Source: the human T2T-CHM13v2.0 reference genome, Homo sapiens
Direction: 5' to 3' (one strand)
DNA: 64,000 bases
NCBI RefSeq assembly: GCF_009914755.1
Contig: NC_060929.1
The notes beneath the pieces are model-generated. The model was not told where the DNA came from, ran no database searches, and saw nothing but the letters and a program-made list of their open reading frames with translations. Shown here one piece after another: positions 41,001 to 55,193 of the stretch. How positions within the stretch are numbered: the stretch's first letter is position 1; every line of letters starts with the position of its first letter. Both the position numbers and the translations under genes were made by a program.

Positions 41001-42787
41001 TGTCTGCAATGGTGGTTGAGAAGGAGAAGTCCCCTTCTCCAAGACCCTTTGTAAGCACTTGGGCTGTCTGACTGTTGGGGTAGAACTGCAGACTTTCCCC
41101 ATTGAGCCTAGTACTGCACGTGTCTCTACTGAAAGAAAATTTCTACAAGTGGAAAGTTCAGGAACTCAGGGCCTATAGTCTGTGCTACTTTTGGTTTTAT
41201 TTTGCTTTTGTCCATAAGGCATTTCCTTCATGTGGTACACTCCCCTTTTCCCTAAAAGTAACTATCCCTGAGGGCCAGAATGTTGTAAATACTTCTGCTT
41301 CTCTGGGTCTAGCCACTAAGTAGGGATGCCGTACCCCAGGCTGGTGTTGGGGAATGTCTCTAAGGGATCAAGTTATGTGACCTGTCCTCTAGTCTCCAAG
41401 CAGTGGGTACCAGCGCTAGTTCTGGTGAGAGTGGAGGGACAGTAATGTAGAATCTGAGATTTCCTTGGTTATAAATAGCCTTAATGTGTTGGCTTTCTCA
41501 AATGCTAGCTGTAGTAGTAATGTACTAGTCACATGGACAAAGTCAAGACCCCATGGATAGCCAGGGTGATGCAGGAAATGGTGATAGGTGAGGTTGTGCA
41601 AAAGTTTTCTCCTTCCTGAGCACTGTATGATTCTACTTGCAGATGTCTTAATGGGTTATGCCAATTGGCCTCCAGCCAGGAGGTGGCTTTTACAAAAGAG
41701 CACCAGCTGCAATGGTAGCAATGGTGTTTGTGCTTGCCTTATGTTACCCAGGGGAGATACTCTAGTGTCTCAGGCAGTGGATTGGGCCGTGGACCTTTCA
41801 GAAGTCCTTGTGCGTTGTGTAATGCTACCAGGGTGGATGGAGAGGCAAAGCCCAGTGAGGTCTGGGTCAGGCAAGTCTGCACTTGGCTCCCCACAAGCAA
41901 GTGCAGGCAGCCCCAATAGGGATCTCAGGGTAGTTCCTTGGCCACTAGAATAATGTTCCAGGAAGGGGCACAGCTGTATCTGCAGCACAAAAGACTCTGC
42001 ATGGGAAAAGGAGGTAGCAGGTGGCAGTAAACCCCACTCAGTTCCCATGTACTTGGCAAGGCCGGTCTTACACCCACAGTGTTCTGCTAGAAGCAGAAAG
42101 CTGTGATCTAGGCAGCCTGTGCTCAGATCCAAAACTGCCTGAGGCCATAAGCCTTCCCAACCAAGATACAAACCACAAATTTCTGGCCATGCCCCTCCTG
42201 GTCCACCTGCAAAGCATGAGCATCCAGCTTCTGTGCCTGTGGCTATAACACACCTCCTGCTCACCCCTTGGTTCTGGCCAAGGGGGTTATTCCCACTCAA
42301 GATTATATTGCAAATCTCAGGCACTTCTTTCAACCTGTGACCACTGTCTGAGTTCCCTCGTTGACTTCCACCAGGTTATCTGTGAGGTAGAATCAGGAAT
42401 GACATCCCTCTGTCTCCACAAAGAACATCCTGATGCTGCTCCTTCTCATATATTCTTCACCACTCACTAAATCAGCCTCAGAACTAGATAGGGTTAGGCA
42501 TTCCCCCATGGCCTAGATTGCCTGGCTCCCCAGTGGGAGTTTATGTCACAGAAGCAGTCTTTCTTTCTCTCATGCTCTGGAAACTCACAGTTTTCTTCCT
42601 GGTTCCTGGTATAGACAGTTTCCCACTGCTTTTTTCAGAGTCTGTGGTTTCTTTAAGCTTTTCTGTTAAGTTCTTGTGTTGCTTCTTCGTAAAAAAAAAA
42701 AGTTTACAGTGTGAATCTCTACACACTATTTTGTCTTTCCAAGTGGTAGAGGCATGCTAATAATCCCTCTAACCCACCATCTTAGGG
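38040..42787 (-). mobile_element. L1PB-class 5'UTR + ORF1 remnant, interrupted by L1PA
   Basis: ORF 38337-38672 is L1 ORF1p-like (LDQVEERISE...PRHVVIR); 5' start rc AAGATGGTGGGTTAGAGG...CCACTTGGAAAGACAAAATAGTGTG. Confidence 0.88.
39001..40243 (-). mobile_element. 5'-truncated L1PA (PA6/7-like): ORF2 C-terminus + 3'UTR
   Basis: ORF 39564-39953 ([28 protein letters not shown]) is L1 ORF2p; L1PA 3'UTR with poly-T at 39002. Confidence 0.96.
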
Positions 42788-42865
42788 GAAAAAAAGGGAT
42801 TCTGTAAGTTTTGACAAATTTTATTTTCATCTTAACTTAGTTCAAAGGGCTTAGAGGCTAAAAAT

Positions 42866-42993
42866 ATTTATTGTTTTTAGAGACAGGGTCTCTCTATGTT
42901 GCCCAGGCTGACTCAAACTCCTGGGCTCAAGTGACTCTTCCACCTCAGCCTCTTGAGTAGCAGAAACTACAAGCACGCACCACTGTGCCTGGC
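42866..42993 (-). mobile_element. FLAM/Alu monomer
   Basis: agagacagggtctctctatgttgcccaggctg...caccactgtgcctggcc; single monomer. Confidence 0.9.
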
Positions 42994-45731
42994 CAGATGT
43001 AAAATATTAATATTTAAATATCTCTCTTGCGGATTTTCAACTTAAGATATTTAGGCAAGTAAGGTCGTTCTGATTCCTTGTTAAAAAACCAGACATAAAT
43101 TCTTTTCCTTATCAGATTAGTTCTCTAACATATTTTTCTTTGTGTCAGAATTGCTTGATTCTCCAGATCAGAAGTACTTGGGCTACAATAAATCCTCAGT
43201 CACCTGCCATCCCGTACATCAAATGGCACAGTGCCTTTGTGGAGACTACCTATATACCACCTGCTTTGCCATGCTGGTAAACTCATTCTGTACATAACAT
43301 TTTGGGGCTGCTGTGCCCTAAATGATTATCCCTACATAATTCACAATATTTTCTTTCTGGTGGTTGTATCCGGTTGATAATTCAGTTTAATTATTTGAGT
43401 TTATCCTCTAGGTTTTCTTTACATGTAGAAAGGTTATACTTAAATTGACCTCTTAAAGAAGGAGTGATCCACTTGATAATCTATAGCATATGAAGGGTTG
43501 CTGAGAATATATGAACAATTAATATCTGAAAACGTACTAATGGACTACTAAGAAAAGATATTTTTGGCCACTTTTAGTTTTAGATGGTTGGTATTTTTGT
43601 TAAAGAAAAAAGCAATTCAAGCTTTCAAAATACTCTTTTAGGAGAAGGATATATTCACTTCTCAAAATAGGAAGCCATTTATCTATTAAAAAGGATGATG
43701 TGGGCGTATATTGTATTTTTCTTTCTATTTTTGGCAGATAATGTCAGAGACTTGATTTATAATGTGTGCTTTAGCAGAATAATTTTTTCTAGTATGTTTT
43801 ATAAAAGTTTACTTCTTTTCACATCACATACATCTTTTTTTCTTTTGTCTCTACATTTGTGCATCTTTTCTACATCCATTCATGTTCAAATGTCCTATCA
43901 ATACTTATCAATATAGCAAATATTTTAATGTCTATGAAAATGACATTTATTTTCCTATAACTTAAAAATTTGAAAGAAAATAGTGAGTTTTTTGTTTTTT
44001 TTTTTTTGCCATTGCTATCTGTTCAAGGTTCAGTGTAGGCAACAAAAGACTCTTAGATATTTAAAACAGAATAGGATCTTTTGAAACACTGCTGAAATGT
44101 AGAATGATTCCCAGAATAATGAAAAGCTGTCCAATCATGAGAACTACTACTTCAGATCCCATCAGTGTACTTAGAGTTACACTGGAATAAGAACCTATTT
44201 TAGTTTTTGCTGTCTCTGCCCCTGACCTCCCTGTAGATTTGAGAAAGAAACACCATAATTATGAGTCAGGAATTAGGAAGTTGTAGGAGTTACTGCTGCT
44301 ATTGCTGATGCCACAGCTGATTAGGAAACTGGACAATGGACCCTGGATCTCTATTGGAGGGAGACCTCACATATCTACAACTAGGCTTGCCAGCATCACT
44401 ATTCATAAATTATGCAATGACTATAATCCTCCATACGTGAGGTTCAACTCTAGTTATAAGTCTAGAAAATATTGTAATTAGTTATGTTTAAGGCCAAATT
44501 ATGGGTAAATTCATAAAATTAACTTGGAAATAATTGGATTTTAAGCTACTTAAATGCACATAAATGATTTTAAAAGTATGAGTTTTAAAATTACATTACT
44601 ATGATTTCTCATAAATATCATTTGGATGCAGTCAAATGTTCACTTTAAAGTAGTTTCATTTTTCTTTGACATAAAAAATATACTTATATGGAAATCTTCT
44701 ATTTTTTGATGCTTGGCATCATCATAAATTTCTCGTGCCTTTTCCATGAAGTAAAAAGAAAGTGGTCAGTTTTTACTTTCCAGGTTTCTACTTACCTCTG
44801 TCCAATAGTCAATCATCAAATTCGAAGGAATTTCAGAAATGATTATTTTCTAACTCTTTGATTGCACCTAGGATTTCTGCTTCTTCATATGCTTTGGACA
44901 TGCTTTGTTAGTTGGCATTGAAACTAAAGGTAGGGGGGATAATGTGTCTCATTTCTTGTCTACCATAATGTGGGTTGATATTAAAAACCCCTAACTCTCA
45001 ACACCTGACTTTTAACCTTGGTACCATATGTGTTTATTGGATAGAGAAGATGTTTCAAAGGGAAAGGGGAAAAATTCCTAAATTACTCATTTCTCCCTGT
45101 ACTCGTTCTGCTTATCCAAAAATCATTTTTTGTTGTTAGGTTTCAGTCACGTTTTTATAATGTAAGCTTTATGCAATCAAGAATTTTGTCTGTCTTGGTC
45201 TTTTTTGTCTAGCACCAAGAACTAGTACTGAAACTGAATATATTGTACAGAAGAAGGAAGGAGAACATTCTTACAGGACTAATACTCATTAAGTACCCAA
45301 TATTTTCTATAATTTCAAACCAACACAAAGTCAGTGAGTTTTACCTTCTAAAGAATTGTATTAGGGTTCAAAATTATCAGTCAGGATTTATGAAGCATCA
45401 GTAACAATTCAACAGTTAGATATAGAAACTGGAAGTCTACTTTATGTTATATTATTGGAGCCAGCTTCTCTTATGAGGCAACATTTATGTGAAGGCCTAA
45501 ACAATGTAATGGTAACAGATTGCACAAAGAATCAGAAAGAGGGTTTTCCCCATTCTGCTCCTTTTCCACCAGTGCTGTCACTTCAGATGTAGTGGCTTCT
45601 TTCTCATTGAATCCTATGGTCAATTCAAAAGAGGAAACATCAATACTATAGCCTGAACAATTTGGAGATATAAAGCCAATAATGTCAATAAAGCTATATA
45701 CCAAATATTTTAATGGCAATAACTTGATTAC

Positions 45732-47156
45732 TGTTATATTCTGAATGTTTTTGTTCCCCCAAATTCATATGTTGAAATCTAATCATCAATGTGATGGTAT
45801 TAGGAGTTGGGGTTGTTGAGAGGTAGTTAGGCCAAGAAGGCAGACCCCTAATGAATGGAATTATTGGCCTTATAAAAGAAGTCCTAGAGAGCTGCTGTGT
45901 GCTTTCTACTGTGTGAGCATGCAGTGAGAAGATGGATATTTACAAACCAAGAAGCAGACCCTCATCAGACACCAAATCTGCTGGCACGTTAATCTTGGAC
46001 TTCCTAGCCTCCAGAACTGTTGCGGGAAGTCAGGGACCCTGAACAGAGGGACCGGCTGGAGCCGAGGCAGAAGAACATAAATTGTGAAGATTTCATGGAC
46101 ATTTATCAGTTCCCAAAATTAATACTTTTATAATTTCTTACACCTCTCTTTACTGCATTCTCTGAACATAAACTGTGAAGATTTCATGGACATTTATCAC
46201 TTCTTCCCGAATTAACACTCTTATAATTTCTTATGCTTGTCTTTACTTTAATCTCTTAATCCTGTTATCTTCGTAAGCTGAGAATGTACATCACCTCAGG
46301 ACCACTATTGTACAAATGGATTGTAAAACATATGTGTTTGAAATCAGTGTACCCTGAAAAAGAACAGAATAACAGTGATTTTTCAGGGAACAAGGGAAGA
46401 TAACCTTAAGGTCTGACTGCCTGCAGGGTTGGGCAGAATAGAGCCATATTTTTCTTCTTGCAGAAAGCCTATAGACAGATGTGTGAGTAGAAGAAATATC
46501 GCTGAATTCTTTTCCCAGCAAGGAATAACCCTAGGGAAGGAATGCATTCCTGTGGGTAGGTCTATAGAGGGCTGCTCTGGAGGTGTCTATCTTATGTGGT
46601 TGAGATAAGGACTGAAATACGCCCTGGTCTCCTGCAGTACCCTCAGGCTTGCTAGGATTGGGAAATTCCAGCCTGGTAAATTCTAGTCAGACCGGTTGTC
46701 TGCTCTTGAACCCTGTCTCCTGTTAAGATGTTTATCAAGACAATGCGTACACAACGGGACATAGACCCTCATCAGTAATTCTAATTTTGCCTTCACCTTG
46801 TAATCTTTATTGCCCTTTGAAGCATGTGATCCTTGTGACCTACTCCCTGTTGGTAAACCTTCCCCCGCTTTTAAAACTCCTAATAAAAACTTGCTGGTTT
46901 TGCAGCTTGGAGTCAGCATCACGGTCCTACCAATATGTGATGTCACCCCCGGAGGCCCAGCTGTAAAATTTCTCTCTTTGTACTCTTTCTCTTTATTTCT
47001 CAGACTGGCCGACACTTAGGGAAAATAGAAAAGAACCTACATTGAAATATTAGGGGCTGGTTCCCTTGATACAGAGCAGTGCCAAATAAATGTCTGTTGT
47101 TTATATGCTACTCAGTTTATAGTATTTTGTTACAGAAGCTATAATGGGCTAAGACA
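45732..47156 (+). mobile_element. MLT1A-like MaLR solo LTR, split by MER11 (45732-46017 and 47072-47156)
   Basis: ctgaatgtttttgttcccccaaattcatatgttgaa...cttggacttcctagcctccagaac | aataaatgtctgttgttta...ctaagaca. Confidence 0.92.
46018..47071 (+). mobile_element. MER11 solo LTR (HERV-K11/HML-8; MER11C-like length)
   Basis: tgttgcgggaagtcagggacc...duplicated tgtgaagatttcatggacatttatca...ggggctggttccc; 6-bp TSD cagaac/cagagc. Confidence 0.95.
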
Positions 47157-48436
47157 GTGGCCTATATAAATTTATCTTTAAATTAAATAACCAAAATAAC
47201 ACTTTCTGTAGCATTACATCTTCCCAAGAGCGATTAATATAAAATATATTTATTTAAGAAATTACCCATCTGTGAACTGACTCCTGTTATCTCAGATGTT
47301 ATTCACTGCTGAGAATTTAGAAGTCAAAAAATAATACTTCTTTTTTATTTTCTGAGTCTGGAATCAATTAAGAGAATTACTCAATAATTCATAAATATGG
47401 CAATTTAAGTATAATATATAGAATATGATGGCTTCAGTAGGGAGTGAGTGGAAAGTACACTTATTCTTTCACCATTGTTCTTGCCATTTTGCTTATTTAA
47501 TATATTTAATCAATTTGATTATGCTCTATTTTAATTTTCTCCCTGGAAAATGAAGAGAAAATTGTTTTTGCATGATCTAAGATTTCAAGATTCTATGTTT
47601 ATGGCAAAAAGCTTATGCTCGGTGTATGAGTGAGACATTGATGATAAAGTCCTTTCTTCTGTACCTCCAAAGGCTTATAAGGCTACAGATTAGTCAGACA
47701 TGCAAATAACTGTAATGAAAGGAAAGGAAACCTGTGAGCCAGGACTATGTAAAAAGATCCAGACAGGGTAAGTTGCATGAAGACAAAAATGAAAATACTT
47801 CATTTCAAGGACTTCTTAGTTCTTTTATACAGAAACCAGAAAATTATTTCACTGTAAAATGTCCTTGGCTACTGAAGAGACCACAGACTTTAATATAAAG
47901 GTTATTAACTGTTCCAAAAATGAGTAAAAACCTATCTTTTAACAGGCTAAAACTTTTTACAAAAATGTTTAGGTTTCACTGATAAACATTTATAGACCTA
48001 AAAAGTGGAAGAAATATACATTTTGAGAAACACTAAAAATTTTTCCAATGTTTTTTAAAAATAAAAAATATATATTTTTGATTTAAAAATAAGCATGAGC
48101 TAGACAAATTTTTTCTGCATATATTTGTAGTTCTTTCTTTAAATACTGGTATGCACATAATTTTAATACTTTCAAATATATTATAAAGACTTCAGATTTT
48201 TTGAAACACTTCAGGTTTCAGCAAAGTTTGGAGATTATCAATCCTATCCTCAAAAGAAAAAAAAAAAAAAAACAGTTGTACAAACTGAAAACCAACAATT
48301 TTTCTTAGGTTCATTAGAAAATTGAGGTCACGGGGCAAATGGCCATACCAAAATCTGAAGAGAGAGTTAAATACAGAGAGGCACAGCCCAGGTCAACTGA
48401 TGTGAATCATAAACTGTTAGAGTCAGTAACTAACTA

Positions 48437-50195
48437 CAAGCATGACTCAGAGATATTGTGGGTTTGATTCCAGACCACCCACAATAAAGTGAATATCATA
48501 ATAAGGTGACTCATATGAATATTTTGGTTTCCCTACACATATAAAAGTTATGTTCACACTATAATGTAGTCTATTAAGTGTGCAACAGCATTATGGTAAA
48601 AAAAATGAGCATATCTTAATTTAAAAATACTTTATTGCTTAGAAATGCTTATCATCATCAGAACCCTCAGTGAGCCTTAATCTTTTTGCTGCTGGAGGGT
48701 CTTGCTCAATATTGATGGCTGCTGACTGATCAGAGTGGTGTATGGTGAAGATTGGGGTGGTTGTGGTGGTTTTAAAAATAAGACAACAATGAAATTTGCC
48801 GCATTGATTGACTCATGCTTTCATGCATGATTTCTCTGTGGCATGAAATGCTATTTGATAGCATTTTACTCATAGTATAATTTCTTTCAAAATTGGAGTC
48901 AGTGCTCTCAAACCCTGCTGCTGCCTTTACCAACTTTTATGTAATATTCTAATATTATGTAGTATTCTGAGATTATGTAATATTATATAATATTCTCTTT
49001 GTTGTCATTTCAACAATGCTCACAGCATCTTTACCAGGAGTGGATTCCACATCAAGAAACCACTATCTTTGTTAATCTCCAAGATGCAAATCCTCACCCA
49101 TTCCAGTTTTATAATCAGATTGCAGCAGTTAAGTCACATCAGTAAGCTCCACTTCTAATTCTTTTTCTCTTGCTATTTTCATCACATCTGCAGTTATGTC
49201 CTCCACCGAAGGTCTTGAACTCCTCAAAGTTACTCATGAGGGTTGGCATCAACTTCTTTCAAACTCCTGATAATGTTGATATTTTAACCTCCTACCATGA
49301 CTCCAGAATGGTCTTAGTGGTATCTAGAATGGTGACTCCTTTCCTGAAGGTTTTCAATTTCCTTTGCCCAGTTCCATCAGATAAATCACTGTCTAAGGCA
49401 GCTATAGCCTTACAAAATGTATTTCTTAAATAATAAGACTCCAATCTGAAGTGGTTCCTTGATCCAAGGGCTACAGAGTGGATGTTGGATGTTGTGTTAG
49501 CGGGTATGAAAACATTCATGTCCTTGTACATCTCCATTGGAGCTCTTGGGTGACCAGTGAAAGCCCTAGATGGCATCTTCTTCCAATATAAGGCTGTTTG
49601 GTCTACACTGAAATATCTGTTGTTTAGCGTAGCCACCCTTATCAATGATCTTAGATCTTCTGTACAACTTCCTACAGCTTATATATTAGCACTTACTGTT
49701 TCACTTTGCCTTTTTAGTTATGGATATGGCTTCTTTCCTTAAACCTCAGGGACCATCCTCTGCTAGCTTCAAACTTTTCTTCTGCAGCTTCCTTACCTCT
49801 CTCAGCCTTCATATAATTGAAGAGAGTTAGACCATTGTTCTGAATTAGGGTTTGGTTTAAGGGTATATTGTGACTGGTTTGATCTATCCAGACAGCTAAC
49901 ACTTTCTCCATATCAGTAATAAGGCTGTTTCACTCTTTTACCATTCCTTTGTTTACTGAAGTAGCATTTTTAATTTCCTCCAGGAACTTTTTTATTAGTA
50001 TCATGTCTGTCATGGTGCTCTGTGATCAATGATCTTTGATGTTACCAATGTAATTGTATTGGGCCACCACGACTCACACCCATATAAGGAGGCATATGTA
50101 ATTGGTAAGTGCTGTGTGTGTTCTGATTTGCTCAACTGAACAGCTATTCACTCATTTCTCTCCTTCTCAGCTCTCCCTATCCCCTGAGACACAAC
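48437..50195 (-). mobile_element. Tigger1 (TcMar) DNA transposon, deleted derivative lacking its left end
   Basis: TA followed by TIR caagcatgactcagagatattg; pseudo-transposase [18 protein letters not shown]...KFEASRGW (49714-49911) and DQTALYWKKMPSR (49292-49645). Confidence 0.93.
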
Positions 50196-50199
50196 TAAA

Positions 50200-50331
50200 C
50201 AGGCATACCTTAGAAATATTGTGAATTTTGTTCCAGATCACCTTAAGAAAACAAATATCATAATAAAGTGATTCACATAAATTTTTTGTTTCCCAGTGCA
50301 TATAAAAGTTATGTTCAGATTATGTAGTCTA
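50200..50331 (-). mobile_element. Second Tigger1 right-end fragment
   Basis: caggcataccttagaaatattg...cccagtgcatataaaagttatgtt, same orientation as 48437-48575. Confidence 0.88.
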
Positions 50332-53300
50332 GAGGGAAATAGTCATTTCGAAAATGCTCAGGTGAAAAGTGACTATACTGAAATAAACTTGGATTATTCT
50401 CTGTAACAAAGGCCCATCCTTCAAGGGAAACTACTTTACCAGAGCCTTGTGAAATCTGAGGAAGGGACAAGTACCCAACTCCAGTACCCTCTAGCCTTCT
50501 TGTCTTTCATAAGGTAAAGAGCAAAAAAGTCTAAGAAGCACTTCTGAAGGTCACAGAAGGGGGATTTTGGCCACTAAAAGAAAGATTTAATCATAAGTTT
50601 ATAGAATGCTTCCCTCCTCAATATCTTACTGGCACATTAATACAGCTCTAGAATAACAACAGTGAATTACAACTGAGAGAACCTGAAGGCAGATTCTATT
50701 AAAGAAGTCATTCTTAGGAAATCCAAAGATAGGAAGATGGAAAAAACTAAAGTAAACAAAACGAGGAAACTTGAGAAAACTGAAGTCTCTTGGACCTACA
50801 ACTGCTGCAAACATCTAGAAATCTGTCTCCAGTGAAATTACCCTTCATAAGTCACAGAGAAATAAAGACTTTCTGAGACAAAGAAAATGAGATAATTTGT
50901 CACAAGTAGACATACTTTGCAAAAAATTTTAAAAGAAATTATTTAAAGAGAAGAAAAATAATATGTGTCATAAACTGAGATCTACATTAAGGAAGAGCAT
51001 CAGAGAAGAAATGTATGAAGATAAAATAAAATGATGTATTTTTATGATTCATAATTAACCAAATAGATAATGTTTGTTCAAAGTAATTATAGCAATAATA
51101 TATGGAGTGATTACAGTGTGTGGATAAGTGAAATTAAGAAACAGCAAGAAGGAATTGAAAATACTCTGCTATATGGTATCTGCACTACTCAGGAATTGGT
51201 ATAGTGTTATTTGAAAGTGGATTTAGAATAATCATAAATGTATGTTGTAAACCTTAGGGTCAGCACTAAAACAATTTAAAAATGTATGGTGGAAATGCTG
51301 AGAGGAGATGAGATGGAATCATATAAACTACCCAATTAAAACTAAAGAAGGAGGAAAAAGGAGCTGTAAAAAATTCAAGAAAAATGACAAAGAATAAAAA
51401 ATTGTTGCAAACATGATAAATATTAATTCAACTATGTACACTAGTAATCACTATAAACATAAATGGTCAAAATACACCAATTAAAAAATAAAGACTGTCA
51501 GAGTGAATTAAAAAATAAGATCAAAGAAGAAGTCTCAAGAGAAATTTTAAAATACTGTCAATTAAATAAAAATTAAAATGCCACTTATCAAAATTTGTAG
51601 GACTTAGTAAAAGCAGTGCTAAGCAGGAAATTAATAACATTGAATTCATATATTAGAAATGAAGATCTAAGCCTCATTAATCTAAGCCTCCACCTTAAAC
51701 CTGTAATAAGAGAAACATAATTCTAAAGGAAGCAGAATAAAAGAAGGAGAAAATAGTGTATAACTTGACATTGAAGACAAAAAATCCATAAAGAAAATCC
51801 ATAAAACAAAAAGCTGATTCATTGAAAAAATAAATACAATTGATAAAACTCTTGCCAGGATAACCAAGACAAAATAAAAAGGGAAGATACAATTTACTAC
51901 TATCAGAAATGAAAGAGGAGTCATCATTATAATCCTTTCAAGGTCCTTGGGGGTTGATGTTATGAAAAACTCTATGTCTATAAATTTGATAACCTAGATG
52001 AAATGGGTTAATTCATTGAAAGACATAAACTACCAAAACTCACATAAGGAGACAGATAATAAGAATAGACCTATATCTAAGAAGGAATTAAAAAATAATT
52101 AATAATCTTACAAAAAATCCCAAACCACCAGGCCCACATGGTTCACTGATAAATTCTGTAAACATTTATGGAGAGCAGAGAACACCTTCTAATTCATTCA
52201 GTGAGGCCAGCATTACCTTAATACCAAAATCCAACAAAATATTACAAGAAAGGGAAACTACAGACCAATATTCTCATCAATAGAGTTTTTAAGAACTTTA
52301 ACCAAATATTTGCAAATCAAGTTCAATAATGTATGCAAAGCATTATATACTATGACAAAGTGGGATTTATTCCAGGCATGCAATGCTGATTCAACATTTT
52401 AAAAAATTATTAAGATATTCCATCACAATAACAAGCTAATGAATAAAAATTATACACTTCAATAGATACATAAAAACTTTTGACAAAACCCAACACTCAT
52501 TTGTGATTAAAAACTCTCAGTACACTAGGAGTTGAGGGGAATATTTGCAATTTGATGAAGACCATATACAAAAATCTTACAAGTTTACCTCACTAATTGT
52601 GAGAAGCTAGATGCTTTCCCCTAAAACTGGGAACAGTAAAGATGTCCTCTTTTCCCATTCTTATTAAATATTGTACTGGAAATAGAGCTAACTAATTCAA
52701 TAAGACAAGGAAAGAAAATAAAACTATATAGATTGGAAAGAAAAATAAAACTGTGTATATTCATAGATAACTTGATTTTCTGTGTAGAAAATACCAACCA
52801 TTCCTCAAAAAATATCCTGGAACTAATAAGTATGTATGGCAAGATTGCAGATACAATGTTAAAACAAAAATCAGTTGTTTCCTATATGGTAGTAATAAAT
52901 TAATGAAATTTGAAATTAAAAACACAGTACCATTTATATTAGCACCAAAGAAATGAAATGCTTAGATATAAATCTAATAAAATATGTATAGAATCAATAT
53001 GAAGAAAACTAAACTCTTATGAAGAAAATCAAAGATGATATAAATAAATGGAAAGATAATTCATGTTCTTTTATAACAATACTCAATATAATTAAGATGT
53101 CAAGCATTCCCATCTTTATCTATAAATTCAACTCAATCCCAGTAAAAATCAAGGCAAGTTATTTTGTGGATATTGACGAACTGATTCTAAAATTTGTATG
53201 AAAATTCTAAAGACCCAGAACAGAGAGCACAATACTGAATAAGAAAAGTTCATGGACTGACACTACAGAACTTTAAGATTTCCTATGAAACTACAGTGTC

Positions 53301-54803
53301 AAGACATTGTAATATTGATGAAAGAAAAGACAAATAGATCAATGGAACAGAATAGAGAGCCCAGAAATAGATTCAGAAATACAGTGAAGTGATCTTTGAT
53401 AAAAGAATAAAGGCAATTCAGTGGAGAAATGATAATCTTTTCAACAAATGTCCTGGAAAATTGGACATCTCTATGCAAAAATATAACTCTAGACACAGAC
53501 TTTTTGCAAAAATTGAAAGGGGTCATAGATCTAAAGGTAAAATGCAAAGTTTAAAACTCCTAGGTGCTAACATAAGGAGAAAATGTAGGTAACCATCGGT
53601 TAGGCAATGAGTTTTCAGACTGAACACCAAAAGTACGATTCATGAAAGAAAAAAAAAATCGTAAGTTTGACTTTAGCAAAATTAAAAAGTTCTGCTCTTT
53701 GGAAAACACTGTTAATAAAATAAAAAGGCAAGCCATAGACTAGGAGAAAATGTTTGCCAAACACATTTCTGATAAAGAAGGTGTGTCTAAAAATACAAGG
53801 ATCCCTTAAAACTTAATAATGAGAAAAAAACAAAAACTGAGCAAAAGATCTGAACAGGCATTTCACCAAAGAAGATATACAAATTGCAAATAAGCCTATG
53901 AAAAGATGCCCAACATTGTATGTCATAAGGTAATTGCATATTAAAACACTATAATACCACACACCTATTAAAATGGCTAAAATCCAAAAAAATACACTGA
54001 GTATATCAAATGCTGACTAGGATGTAGAACAACAGAAACTCTCATCCATTGATAAGAAAAATTTTAAAAAATGATACAGCCACTTTGGAAGACAGCTTGG
54101 TAATTTCTTACAAAGCTAAACATGGTCTTACCACATGATCCAGCAGTGGTGTTCCTAAGTATTTACACAGTTGGGTTGAAACTTATAGCTACATAAAAAC
54201 CTGCAAACATCTTGATAGCAGATGTATTCATAATTTCACAGAACTGGAAGTAACCAAGATATCCATCAATAAGTGAATGGATAAATTATGCTATATCCAT
54301 AAAATGTAATGTTGTTCTGCAGCAAAAAGAAAGGAGCTATCAAGACAATTAGATGACAGGAAGGAGCTTTAAATGCATATGGCATTTAAGTGAAAAAAAA
54401 AAACAGTCTGAAAATAATACATTCTGTATGATTCCAACTATTTGAGTCTGGATAAGATAAAGAGTAGAGACAATAAAAGTCAGTTGTTGCTGGCGATGGT
54501 GGTGGTGATGGGAGAGATAATAGGTGGAGCATAGAGAACTTTTAGGGCAGTAAAACTGATTTGTGTAATGGTCTACTAGCAGATATATGACATTATATAT
54601 TGGTCAAACCCCACAGAACTATACAAATAGTGTACAAGGGAACAAAGAGTGAATCTCCATTTAAGCCATGGACTTCAGTTAATGACATGTCAATATTAGT
54701 TCATTAATTGTAACAAATGTACTATACTAAAGCAAGATGTTAAAATAAGGAAAATTGTCTGTGTATCAGGGTCAGGTATCTGAGATCTCTGTTCTATCTG
54801 CCC

Positions 54804-55193
<390 letters not shown>

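Noticed and set aside
41770-42333. Longest ORF in the window (187 aa) and overlapping ORFs at 41588-42253
   Set aside because: Lies within the GC-richer L1PB 5'UTR, where stop codons are rarer; no recognisable domain.
44020-44400. Possible old ERVL-type LTR fragment
   Set aside because: Resemblance too weak to assign a family or boundaries by eye.
45471-45719. Protein-looking ORF (…FNEKEATTSEVTALVEKEQNGENP…)
   Set aside because: Non-ATG start, no convincing splice donor and no recognised homology.
46077-46235. Direct repeat aacataaa(t/c)tgtgaagatttcatggacatttatca
   Set aside because: Intrinsic internal duplication of the MER11 LTR as I recall the consensus, not locus-specific.
49292-49911. 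Possible domesticated TIGD/CENP-B-like gene
   Set aside because: Transposase is fragmented by frameshifts and deletions inside an ordinary Tigger1 copy.
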